A stretch of 64,000 bases of DNA from contig NC_057718.1 of NCBI RefSeq assembly GCF_004010195.1, forward strand, positions 53,915,605 through 53,979,604, given 5' to 3'. This DNA is from Chiloscyllium plagiosum (Eukaryota). The position numbers and the translations under genes are program-made. Shown one piece after another: positions 1 to 11,429 of the stretch; the first letter of the stretch is position 1, and the number at the start of each line of letters is the position of its first letter. The notes beneath the pieces were generated by a model. The model was given only the letters and a program-made list of their open reading frames with translations, was not told the origin of the DNA and did not search any database.

Positions 1-108
1 CACAGACACTGGGAGAGTGTGCAAACTCCACACAGACAGTCGCCCGAGGCTGGAATCAAACCTGGGTCCCTGGCGCTGTGATGCAGCAGTGCTAACCATG
101 GAACCACC
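1..108 (-). mobile_element. HE1-like tRNA-derived SINE, 5' head (rest outside window)
   Basis: Reverse complement reads ggtggttccatggttagcactgctgcatcacagcgccagggacccaggtttgattccagcc, a Pol III A/B-box head matching other copies in the window. Confidence 0.85.
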
Positions 109-2089
109 TTTTCTTCTCTTGAACAAGAGGAACTTTATTGCACAGGATCAATAATGTACAAGTTATATCGATTTGAGAAACTCAGTTATAGAGACTGAGG
201 AGGACCTAGATGGAAGGTCTGACTCCTTCAAGATCCTAAGTGGGTCTCTCACTAGGCCCAGCTAACAGCATAATGGGTAGCCTCAGTATTAGCCCTATCA
301 GACCCTTACAGTCTTATATAATCAGTTGTTCTTTACACAGATAGAACTGAGATTCTATGTGACATCACCCCAGGGGCTTGTCCCTATGATCCTCCATTTT
401 GGACCTCAATAGAATTGATGGGGTCAATAGGAGGATATGTAATTTCTATGGAGTTGATTGACCCAACTGTTACCCTGGACTCACCTTCAGTACTTTTCTT
501 CTGCATTTATCTTGATCTTCAGATGCATGCTGCCGATGTGGGTGAGGGCAAGTTGCCCACCTGCACCCACTCTACCTCCTTCTATAATCCTTTCATCTGC
601 CTGTATAAGGAGCCAGCCTTAAGAAAAATGTAGACATAGTTATGACCAGCAGATAAATTGCCTTAGGAAGTAACATTTGTTTCAAGTGTAGTTTTACACG
701 GGTGTATTAATATAAAGAATCTGTACTGGTGCAGCAGATATTCTGCAACCTACATGATGCTCATTGCCCAATCCTTCAACCTCCAACAGTGCTTAATTAT
801 GCATTACAGATGGTGCAAGATTCTATAGACTTAGGGAATTTTGATTTCTAGTACATTAAACATAAACAGAAAGTTAATTCCACATGTTTGTGACTATTTG
901 TAACTGCGTGTTTTAAAATTTCATCTTCCCATGGACTCCCAGGAGGTTGTCATTAATTGGGTGCCTGGTGAGATGATTCCTCTCAGTTACATAAAAGGTA
1001 TAAATTTATGAATATTGTATCCATTTTCTGAATAATAAAGGTGCCAAAAATCATCAGATTTTCAGGGCTGCACCCTGCCCTGTGGGTATATCTGAATAAC
1101 ATCCATTCTGATATTGTGGAGGATTTTCAGACATATGCTTAGTTTTGGACCCTTTAGAGAAATTGGACTGTCTGTTTTTGACAGATATTTTAGATGTGAA
1201 TGTGGTGGAGCATAACATGAAAGTATGATGATGTTTTAATTGATGAAAGCCAGGAAGAGCAGAAGCACAGCTCTTGCTGCATTTTGGTCTTTTTGCCAGC
1301 TATGGTTAAACATCCTCCTGATATCCTGCCCACTCTTCCTGACACTTTCTGAGGGTTGCTATCTCTGATGCAAGCAGGACAAAGTTGGTTGTCTGTAAAT
1401 GATAAGCTCCTGATTGAAGTATTGGGAGCAAAACCTAAATGGCTTGGGTAATTTAGAGCCAGTCTCAGACTTCCTGCAATAAATGCATATTGTTAAATGG
1501 ATCCCTGTGAATTTCTAAACAATATATTTTTAAAAAAATTGTTTTACTAGACTGCTAGCAGGTTAAAAAATTTAAAAGAATGCAATACTTCATAAAAAGT
1601 CACAGGATTAATCTAGCATGGTTGGGTCCTTTGGAAACCATGTTTGGTATTAGTTTATTAAGTTGTTAGTATGCAGCTGCTTCTCAAACATTAGCCTTTA
1701 TTTAACATTGGATGGTGTCAAGACTATTGAATCCGTAACTGCCTTTATTATTTTTACATCCTTGGTGCAGGAAAATGATCAGCATGATCTAACCATGGAG
1801 AATGATCTCTAAAGTACCCACTATTAAACCTTAAGCCTGTATTAAGTAACACATGCTGAGCATCTTCAGGAAGTCATTGGAAATCAACATTTCAGATTTA
1901 AAAACGAGAGGGAGAAAAATTGATGGAGACGTAATAAGGAATGATCCACAGCACAGTCGGGTGATGAGAACTGTGGTCGGATGAGTAGACAAGCAATAAG
2001 GAAGGGACCAAACCATTTTTTCAGAACAATTCGTGAGACTGGAGTTAAAGAGTGCTCCAGCTTACCTTGTGTCTGGTGACCATTGGCAA

Positions 2090-2400
2090 TCTCTGTAAGA
2101 ATAATTGTTCAAGATGAGCACTAATGAGAATAAATGGAATAAATGGTGAGAGTACACAAAACCCAAGTTTCTTGACTGCTTTTTCCTGTCTTTCTGTGCA
2201 GCCTACTCATGATTTTGTAAAGTTGTACCAAATTTTCTCTCAGTCTTCTTCTTTCCAGGAAGAACAGCCCCATTTTCTTCCATTTATCCTCATAACTGAA
2301 GATTCTCATTCCTGGAACCACTCTTAAAAATCACTGCTGCACTTCGTGCAAATAATTCATATCCTTCTCATAATATGGTGCTTCGAGCTGCACACACAGC
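2090..2400 (-). mobile_element. CR1 LINE ORF2 C-terminal fragment
   Basis: ORF 2121-2321 MVPGMRIFSYEDKWKKMGLFFLERRRLRENLVQLYKIM resembles the CR1 C-terminal motif SYEERL..LGLFSLE.RRLRGDLIE.YKI. Confidence 0.8.
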
Positions 2401-2463
2401 GCTCCTGCTGACTTTACATTCACCTGATCTGTTGACTGTTTCAGTGATTTATAACAATGAAGT

Positions 2464-3985
2464 TCCCTCAGCAGGTAAAAGTGACTGCCCTTGACATCAT
2501 GTCAACATTTGACCAAGTGCAGCATCAAGAGCAAAATTAAAGTCAATAAGAATCAGGAAAGAGAGAACACACAGATTTGGAGATGAAGTAAGCCATTCAG
2601 TTCCATGGGCCTCCTCCAATATGAAATAAAATCACTGCAAATCTGATTTAATCTACAATCCCACGTATTCCCAACAAACATCCACCCCCTTGTTTACTAA
2701 CCCTACTTAAAAATATCTAAACTCTGCTTCAGCCACCTTTTGAAGAGAGTTTCAAAGATTCACAACCATCCATGTGAAAAAAGTTTTCCTCATTTGTCTT
2801 AAATAGGCAACTACTGTACTTTTTAAAAAAAAAGTAATTCCTGGTTCTGGATTCTCCCACAAGAGCCTTCAATGTTTCCTCGGGATCTGATGTATTTCAA
2901 TCAATTCATTTTCACTCTTCTAAACTGCAGGGTTACAAGTCTAGTTTGTCTAATCTTTACTCATGAAAAGGCTCTCCACAGGACAGAGTCATACATACCA
3001 CAAAGTAACAGTGTTTTTCTTCTTGGAGTCCAGGTCATTCCTGGAGGCATTAATCAGATCATGTCTTTGATTCACCATCCTTCAGCTGCTTTATCAATGA
3101 CCATTCCCCTATCATTCGGCCAAGTAGGGGATGTTCGCTGATGATTGTTCAGTGTACGGAACCATTCAGAACATCTCAGATACTTCAACAGTCTAGCCCG
3201 CATGTATTCATACCTGAAAACATCCTGGCTTGTGCTCATACGTGGAAGGTAATACACAGCACACAAGTACCAAGCTGTGACCATATCCATTAAGGAGAAC
3301 CTAACTATCTGCCCTGATGTTCAAGAGTATTACATTTACTGAATCCCACATAGTCAACATTCTTGGGGCTGCTATTGACCCATATCTGAAATGGAACAAC
3401 GACATAAATACTCTGGGCTAATAGAGAAAGACAGAGACTAGAAACCCTGCGGCAAAATACTGAACATCTGAAACTCCAAAGCATATCCACGATTTAAAAT
3501 GGATAAGTCAGGGGTGTAATGGAAAACTCTTCATTGTCTAAATGACAGCAGCTCCAAACATGCTTAATAAGCTCAACACAATCCAACACCGTACAACATG
3601 TTTAATTGTAACTCCATCCATCACACTAAATATTCACTCCCTCCACCAACATCACACAGTTGCATCAATGTGTAGCATCTACATGCTGTACCATAGTTGT
3701 TTCCACAACTGTGGCCTTTATCACCTAAAAGGACAAGGTGAACAGTCTCATTGAAACACCATCACCTCAGTTCCCCTCCAACATACACACCATACTGACT
3801 TGGGCCTGTATCACTGTTACTTTACTGTTACTGTATCCAAAAACTGAACATTTTGCCCAGAAGGTGCAACAGATGTTATGTTATGTTCACTTCAGTGATT
3901 CATAAAATTGACTCAACATCGCCTTTTCAAGAGCAGTTAAGGATGGACAACAAATACTTGCCCAACCACACTCATACATTGTGAA
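2464..3985 (+). mobile_element. Degraded LINE (CR1/L2-group reverse transcriptase) with 3' end, interrupted by a CR1 fragment
   Basis: VTALDI..TFDQV at ~2467-2520 and FSCFIND...VGMFADDC at ~3080-3147. The 3' tail 3925-3985 (ttcaagagcagttaaggatggacaacaaata...gtgaat) is shared with the second SINE family. Confidence 0.7.
2565..2985 (-). mobile_element. CR1 LINE 3' end fragment nested in the preceding LINE
   Basis: Resembles the CR1 3' ends at 42645-43050 (gagtaagccattcag..., accaccttttgaagagagtttcaaagattcacaacc). Confidence 0.65.
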
Positions 3986-4049
3986 TTATTTTAAATGCCT
4001 GAAGATCAAAATTGGTTCTTTTCCCTTTTTATAACAATACACAGGCAAG

Positions 4050-4885
4050 AACACTAGAAATAGGAACCAGCAGCAAGCGATACAGAACTTTGAACCTGCT
4101 CTACCACTCAAAATGGTCGACCTTATCATGGCCTCACTTGCACTTTGTTGCCTGTTCCTTATCACCCTTTGTTCCCAATGACTCAAAATTCTAGATTGTC
4201 ATCAAATATGTTCAATGGCCCAGACTCCATTGCTCTAGGTACAGACAATTCTAAAGGCAAACAATGCTCAGAGAAGGATTTCCTCCTCATTTCCATCTTA
4301 ATTAGGAAGCCTCTTATTCTTAAAATATGCTTGTTAGATCTAGCTTCCCCAACGCGATGAAATTTCCTCTCAGCATCTACTTTCTCAGAATCTTATAAGT
4401 TCAATGAAATCACCATTTATTCCTTTCAAGTTCAATAAATCTAGGACCAACATGTTTAATCTTTCTCACAAGACAAATGGTTTCAGGCCAGGAGTCAATC
4501 TACTGATCATACTCTGAACTGCCTCCTTAAATAAGGAAATTGAAATTGACCACATCACTCTGGGTGTGACCTTGCAAAGCCCAATATAGTTGCAGAAAGA
4601 CATCCAGACTTTTATATTTTGACCCCTGTCACTGAAGGCTAACATTCTATTTGAGCTCCTGATTGCTTGCTGTACCAACATGTTGACTCCTTCTGTTTCT
4701 TGTGTGAGGTTACCCAGACCCCTCGGTACTATGACATTCTGTAATTTCTATTTACCTAACATTTTAGTTTTCTATTTTTCCGACCAAAATAAATAACCTC
4801 AGATTTTCTCCCATTATACTTTCTCCCATTATCTGCCTTTTTTCTTTGCCCAGTAACTAACCAATCTATATCCCTTTACAGATTC
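4050..4885 (-). mobile_element. CR1 LINE 3' fragment (degraded)
   Basis: ORF 4466-4681 (VQQAIRSSNRMLAF) resembles VQQAVKKANSMLAF of the CR1 at 43051-43326, with a CR1-type 3' UTR near 4050-4250. Confidence 0.7.
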
Positions 4886-5221
4886 CATTACAGAAGTAGA
4901 AAACAGGAACTCACCTCCACAAGAGTGGTCCCTTGATAGAATTTAGGTCTCCTGTCCACTAAGAGCTAGTAGGAACAAAAATAGTGGTGGATCATTTGAA
5001 CCTGGAGCTCATTTAAATTCCTGCAGTAGAATCATTGAGGTTTTGGTTGTCCAGAGAAGAATATCTGCCGTTTGAGTCAAAGCTAAGATTCAGATTATCA
5101 GGCGAAGGTAACTTGTCTGTTTTTTGTCTGATTGATTCACTTAGCACTTTTCACATGAGGAAATGATAGTTTTAAATGCCCCTCTTCTTTTTTTCCTGAG
5201 AATGTCAGCTATAATTGGTGA

Positions 5222-5470
5222 TGATTTGGAGGTGCCAGTGTTGGACTGGGTGTACAAAATCACACAACACCGGGTTATAGTTCAACATGTTTATTTGGAA
5301 GCACTAGCTTTCAGAATGCTGCTCCTTCATCAGATCGTAAGACACAAAACTTACAGCAAAAGTTTACAGTGTAATGCAACTGAAATTATATATTGAAAAA
5401 GATCTGGATTGTTTGTTAAGTCTGTCATCATTTAGAACAACCATGTTGGTTTCAGTTCTTTAATATGTAA
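5222..5470 (-). mobile_element. Penelope-like pseudo-LTR fragment with degenerate hammerhead motif
   Basis: Minus strand 5333-5304 reads ctgatga-aggagcagcattct-gaaa-gcta. Same family as 23243-23601. Confidence 0.65.
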
Positions 5471-6007
5471 TTGGGATTTGGTTTCTTCTACCATGATGAT
5501 AAATAGTAAATATTTGTCCAAAGTCCGAGCCATTTCTTTGTTTCTCATTCTCCGAGGGAACAACATTTAGTTTAGATATTTTCTCTTTATCTTGTGGAAG
5601 GTCTTATCTTCATTTTGTTTTATATACTTGCTGCTAGTTTAATAACATAATCTATTTTTTTCCCTCTTCATTTTTTATACTCATTCTTTGCTAACTTCTA
5701 AAATGTTACTAACCTTCCAGCTAACCACTAAACTTCCCAACATTATATGCATTATCTTTCAATTTGACACAATCCTTAAATTCCTCAGTTTAGCCATGAA
5801 TGATATACCTTTCTTTGAAATTTTCCTCTCAACTGAATATATCTTTGTTGAGAATTAGAATATATGCAGATAAATGTTTTTATTTAATCTATTGCCTTGC
5901 CATTTAATTTATTTTCCAGGCCTACTTTTGCTGATTCTGTCTTCATACCTTTGTAATAGTTTTACTTAAGTTGAAGACAGTGATTCCAGATGCAAGTTAC
6001 TCTTTAT

Positions 6008-6312
6008 TTTAGATTCCCTACAGTGTGGAAACAGACCCAACCAGTCCACACCGACCCTCTGAAGAGTAACCTACCCAGACCCATTTCCCCTCTGACTAAT
6101 GCACCTAACACTATGGGCAATTTAGCATGGTCAAATCACCTGACTTGCACATCTTTGGACTGTGGGAGGAAACCAGAGCACCCGGAGGAAACCCATGAAG
6201 ACACGGGGAGAACATGCAAACTCCACACAGACAGTTGCCCGAGGCTGGAATCGAACCTGGGACCCTAGTGCTGTGAGGCAGCAGTGCTAACCACTGACTC
6301 ACCATGCTGCCC
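6008..6312 (-). mobile_element. HE1-like SINE, near full length
   Basis: Head ggcagcatggtgagtcagtggttagcactgctgcctcacagc with B box ggttcgattcc; tail ...tttccacactgtagggaatctaa. Confidence 0.9.
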
Positions 6313-6577
6313 CTAATGCCTGCAAATGAAATGTAAAATTCCATTATGTTATGATTGCTCTTCCACAGAGGATCCTTCACAGTGAGATCATTAATAAATT
6401 CTCTCTCATTACATCTTATCAAATCTATTATAACCTTCTTTGCCTGGTATGTTCCACAATTTATTTTTCTACAAAACTTGTCTCAAGTTTCTTCTATTAA
6501 GTCAGCCTGAAGACTGCCTGTGCCAATTTGATTTTTACAATTTATTTGAAAGCACAATTATTGCAGTGCCTTTCTTG

Positions 6578-6879
6578 TGGGTGGCACAGTGGTTAGCATT
6601 GCTGCCTCACAGTGCCAGAGATCCGGGTTCAATTCCCGCAAACTGTCTGTGTGGAGTTTGCACGTTCTCCCCGTGACTGCGTGGGTTTCCTCCGGGAGCT
6701 CTGGTCTCCTTCCTATAGCCCAAAAATGTGCAGGTTAGGTGAATTGGCTATGCTAAATTGCCCATAGTGTTAGGTGAAGAGGTAAATGTAGGGGAATGAG
6801 TCTGGGTGGGTTGCTCTTCGGAGGGTCGGTGTAGATTTGTTGGGCCTGTTTCCACACTATAAGTAATCTAATCTAATCT
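6578..6879 (+). mobile_element. HE1-like SINE, near full length
   Basis: A box tggcacagtgg, B box ggttcaattcc, central gtgtggagtttgcacgttctccccgtg, (taatc)n tail. Confidence 0.9.
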
Positions 6880-7945
6880 TACAAGCCACCATTAGTTATT
6901 GATTTATACTCCATCTTATATTGTAGCTACTGTTGGGGGGCTATGCACAATACGAACATTCAAAATGTGTCTTAAGTCCCTTGTTATGTCTTATTTCCAT
7001 ATGAACCAATTCTGCATTTTGATCTTCTGTGCCAAGACCATTTCTATCTGATTTCAACTTTTTTTTTTAAAGAGCGATACAGTAAACTTTTTTCTTGTCT
7101 GCATATCTTTCCAAAATATCAAGTTCTTCCAGATACCCAGCTTCCATCCTTGATCACTTTTCAGCCATGTCTCTGAAATGGCTTTCATATTAAACTAATT
7201 TCTTTCAAATTGTACCATAAATTCATCTATATTTTGATCACTGCATGAATTTGAATAAAGAGCCTATATCCTTTTCCTTTTAAAATTCACCTTATTCTGA
7301 TCATTGTTCGTGCACTTTACACTTTGCTCTGTACCGCTGCTCTCTGGTTATCTTAACCCTTATCACTATCCTGCTCCACTGTCTTACCCTTTCTCTATAA
7401 ATTGCTAAACTTCTCCTTACTTAAGTCCTTCACCAAGACCACATGCACCCCTGCAACACCCCTGGTTAAAAGCCCTCTCTACAGCTCTAGTTATTTGATT
7501 TGCCAGGACACTGATACCAGCATAGTAGAAGTGAAGCCACCCCAATGGAAGTGCTCCTTCTTTTAGTACTAGTGCCAGTAGTCGATGAACTGAAATCCAT
7601 TCCCCTTGAGTGACACTTTCAACTCACTGTCCTTATTTGCAATGAACAAATTAATGGCATAGAATTATACAGCATAGACCCTTTGCTCCAACTCATCCAT
7701 GCTGACCAGATATCATAAAATGATCTAGTCCCATTTGCCAGCATTTGGCCCATATTGTTTTCATCATCCTATGCCTTTCATATACATGGACCACAACATT
7801 AAGAACTTTTCCCTTTCAACTACAAATTTTTAGCTCCTAGTAGATCTACTTAACACAGCCACTAGGCTTTGAGGGTCACACTCTTAGCTGCAGAGAACAG
7901 TACATATCCTCCTCTGTACACTGCCCTCCATCACTAGTACTATTC
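6880..7945 (-). mobile_element. Highly degraded CR1 5' portion (ORF1 / endonuclease region)
   Basis: Patchy similarity by eye to the endonuclease end of the CR1 at 16400-16690 (cagcttccatccttgatcac vs cagtctccatccctggtcac). Confidence 0.4.
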
Positions 7946-8007
7946 CTTCACATTTCCCAACCTTTTATCATAGTGCTGCAAGGAGTTTGCAGCATTTCCT
8001 TCTCTTT

Positions 8008-8318
8008 TAATTCATTCATGGGTGTCACTGGCAAGACCAACATTTATTGCCAGTGTCTAATTGCCCAGAAGTCAGTTAAGAGTCAACCACTTTGCTGTGG
8101 GTCCAGAGTCATGTATTGGCCAGACCAAGTAATGATGGCAGATTTTCTTCCTTCAAAGCTGTAGTGAACCAGATGGGTTTTTCCAACAGTCAACAAGAAT
8201 TCATGGTCATTATGAGATGCTGATCTTTACTGAATTCAAATTCCACCCAGGTGTGGGAACATTACCTGGTCCCCGGATTAACAGACAAGCAATAATATCA
8301 CAAGGCCATCATCTCGTC
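8008..8318 (-). mobile_element. Second tRNA-derived SINE family
   Basis: Minus-strand head gagatgatggccttgtgatattattgc; body gttaagagtcaaccac...agtgaaccagatggg recurs at 18424, 36105 and 44700. The tail matches the LINE 3' end at 3925-3985. Confidence 0.75.
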
Positions 8319-8619
8319 GTCCTGCTGTCATCCACATAGATTTCAAGTACCTCACTGGACAAATGCACAATTCTCAAACAAAATGTCATTCAAACTTGCT
8401 TCTCCTATATTGTGTCAGAAGCTGGTTCCCCCCAAAATCGAAATGCTGGAGTGAAATTGCAAAGTGTGGTCCCCAAAACACAGCTAGTAACCACGTGCAG
8501 AAAAGAAGTTGCATTAGATTTATTCTGTCATGGAAATAAAGGTCCGAAAGATACATATCAGTTTTGATGAGAATGTGCTATTTCTATGTACCTTTCTGTT
8601 TTCTGTTCTCTCTGTGCAG

Positions 8620-8673
8620 AAGCACCTGAGCATCTGGACTGTGTTCACTGGACACGGGTATTTGACTGATTGA
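8620..8673 (+). CDS. Candidate coding part of a terminal exon of an unidentified + strand gene
   Basis: Strong polypyrimidine tract plus CAG acceptor (cctttctgttttctgttctctctgtgcag, AG at 8618-8619) in unique sequence. Phase 0 gives KHLSIWTVFTGHGYLTD*; phase 1 gives xAPEHLDCVHWTRVFD*. Followed by ~1.7 kb of AT-rich, repeat-poor sequence and AATAAA. Confidence 0.45.
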   Translation, partial: KHLSIWTVFTGHGYLTD

Positions 8674-9709
8674 AATTGTATTGCGTTGTTGAAGAGAATA
8701 GCAAAGCATACAATTTGCACATTATTAGAGGTAATTTTATCAGTTCTCATGCCTGAAAAACTACAATGTCTGCTGGGACTGTACTTCAGAAATTTTGAAT
8801 TAAGAGGATAGAAAAATTGATGGGAAGCATATGTCTAAATTTCAGACATGAACTCCCAATGGAGAAGCTACTTTTCCAAGAACATTTTTTCATAAAATTA
8901 TCCCTGATGTCAAATTGCTTGTGTAGGTTGTTGTGATTACAAAGGACACTATACATTAGATGACAAGCAAGTTTATTCAGTTATACTGATCTGCTTTTAT
9001 AGGAGCATTTCACAGAATATTAATCCTTCTGGTAATTCAGCAATTTGAAGGCCACCCATCAAGTCTCTGAGGAAGTCATGTCCTTAAAAGTGTGATTCAA
9101 TTAACCTGGTTAACAAAACCAGGTCTAGATTGAAGACTTTTTAAGAGTTTTGTAAGGCCGTTATGTTGCCTTGATTCCTTATCAAGCCACATTAAATCTG
9201 GCACAGTTCCATCTACGTCAGACAAATTCAACAGAGGAAGGTCAACCAAGAAAAGCCTCCAACTGCATTAAGGCAAAGAACATGGGCTCTCAGACATGTA
9301 CAAATCGTTGTAGAAATATATCAGACTCTTGCTTAATTTGAGGGAGAATTATGAAGTGTGACAACTCTGACAAGCAGCTTTCTTTTATTACCTTAATATA
9401 ACCTTGGAAATATTTATTTTCTTTGAGGTGTTCAAAGTTTGTTTAAATTTTGTTTGAGTGTGGGACAATATTCTATTTAATATCAGAAGCATAAACAAAA
9501 AAATTGCTGCATTTCTAAATGCTTCCATGTTGAGGTGTAAATGACCTGTAGTTTCAAAGATACATGAGACATGAAATATAATCTTCCCTCCTATTCCAGA
9601 GACAAGCCAACTGATCAGTGTTCTCATCCCCAGAATTTGGGAGAGTGTTCAATCAGGCAAAGGTCACAATCTACAGTATTAAGCCAGTGGACAGGCCCAG
9701 TGGAAACTT

Positions 9710-9811
9710 GAAACTAAAACAGAAACTGCTGGAGAAACTCAGCAGATCTGGCAGCAGCTGTGGAGAAAAAGCAGAGTTTGCTTATCTAGTTCAATGATCC
9801 TACTTCAGAAC
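9710..9811 (-). mobile_element. Short Penelope-like pseudo-LTR insertion
   Basis: aaaacagaaactgctggagaaactcagcagatctggcagca resembles the other pLTR ends; flanked by the 9-bp direct repeat tggaaactt (9701-9709, 9812-9820). Confidence 0.7.
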
Positions 9812-10089
9812 TGGAAACTTTCTAAGAGTTCAAATGTAGTGTAAACTGGTTGAAACTGAGAATTGCATTATTTATTAAGTTGCTGCATCGCTCCATTCAG
9901 ATTCAGTGGGTAAATGAAGTTCTACTTGTGAATTTGCATTTGTTACAGACAATCAAACATTGATGCATTTAAGATATTAATTTAAATATTATTACAGTAT
10001 TTCATTGTACTTCTTGGTGGAATACTCCCTCAACTTATTTTCTTTATATATCAAGCATTATTGAGCCAGAACTACACAGTGAACAGGAA

Positions 10090-10110
10090 ATATATATATA
10101 TATATATATA
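10090..10110. repeat. (TA)n microsatellite
   Basis: atatatatatatatatatata. Confidence 0.95.
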
Positions 10111-10406
10111 ATTGTAAATTTCATCTTCTGTCTTATCTATTGTATTTATTGAATAGGAACAATCTCATCAAGTGTCAGGAATAGAATAGCTAGCTGCAGA
10201 CTATGTTGAAAATTGAGTCTTTAAAGCGTGAAGAATCATATTATTGTACGAACACTTAATGTACTTTCTCTCACCATTCATTATAGACAATTTAAGCTTT
10301 ATATTAAGATAATAGTGAAACAGGTTTGATAGGAATCTGTTAAACATTTATGCATTAACTTCATCATCAGTAATTCCCAAACTCCTGTCTTGGATGATAC
10401 CTGCAC

Positions 10407-10416
10407 AATAAATAAA
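10407..10416 (+). terminator. Candidate polyadenylation signal (overlapping AATAAA x2)
   Basis: aataaataaa downstream of the candidate terminal exon at 8620. AATAAA is common by chance in AT-rich DNA. Confidence 0.3.
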
Positions 10417-11429
10417 ACATATCCTTGGCAGTATTCGAACAAGATAATGTTTTCCCCAGATAAATTAAAGATCCTTTGGAGTCACTTTCAGATTCAGATT
10501 GTCACGTTACTTAATTATGTGCATGGGTAAAATTAATAAATTGTCCCATGATTCAAACAATTTAACGGGACTTGTTATGAGAATATTGAAATAAAACTCC
10601 AACAGAATGTTATACTTGTCAATTTCCATCATAAAGCTTGGTGCAAGGACATACCCTCTAACACAAATTACACTCCATGGGAGATTTGCACTGTGTTGAG
10701 TGCTCACATTTTATTTTAAATAATTATACTGCAGCAATTCATTCACTAATTGTCCAGCTTCAGAACCAGCCAGAGTAAACAGAGATTGATGGGCTTGTTG
10801 AACTTAAACAAGCCTGAAATTGACAAGTAGGTAACAGGAAAAACCAATATTATGCAGTTTATCATTCTTGATGTGGAATCACTCACATACCTGGGAGAAC
10901 TTGTACATTTACAAATAATTTACCACTCATGTTGAAAATCATTAATATGCTATTAATAACTGAACTGTCAAAATCAATAGGAATCACACATAAGAAATTT
11001 TTTAAAAAGATGATGTTTAAACACAAAATTAAACTGTAAAGAACAAAGAACCCTATAGCTACCAATGGGGTCCCAGTGTTTCATTGACTGAAAACTATCA
11101 ATTCTACTGAGAAATATCAAATGTAGTCATGTTGAACAAAAATATGTTAAAGACAATTTCCTGTTTCAACATTTTATCACCTAGGAGGAGTGAGTATCCA
11201 ATAGCAATGGGTCGGAGCATTGTCTTATAAAGTTACTTGCCTGCTTTTCCTTCCTTTGTCAATTGTACAAAGACAGCTCTGCAGCTGGCCAAGGAAGAAA
11301 TGCTCCAGGCTGACGAGACCCAGAGGACTGCCAAAGACCAGGCACTTACTCTGCCCCAGGCAGGAGAGGACTCTATGGAATTGGCAATCAGGGAATGCAT
11401 CTGCATGCACAGGGAAGAACAGACAGCAG

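Noticed and set aside
415..633. 72-aa ORF with an internal pyrimidine tract and CAG
   Set aside because: No coherent exon (acceptor, frame and donor together) or recognisable product could be supported.
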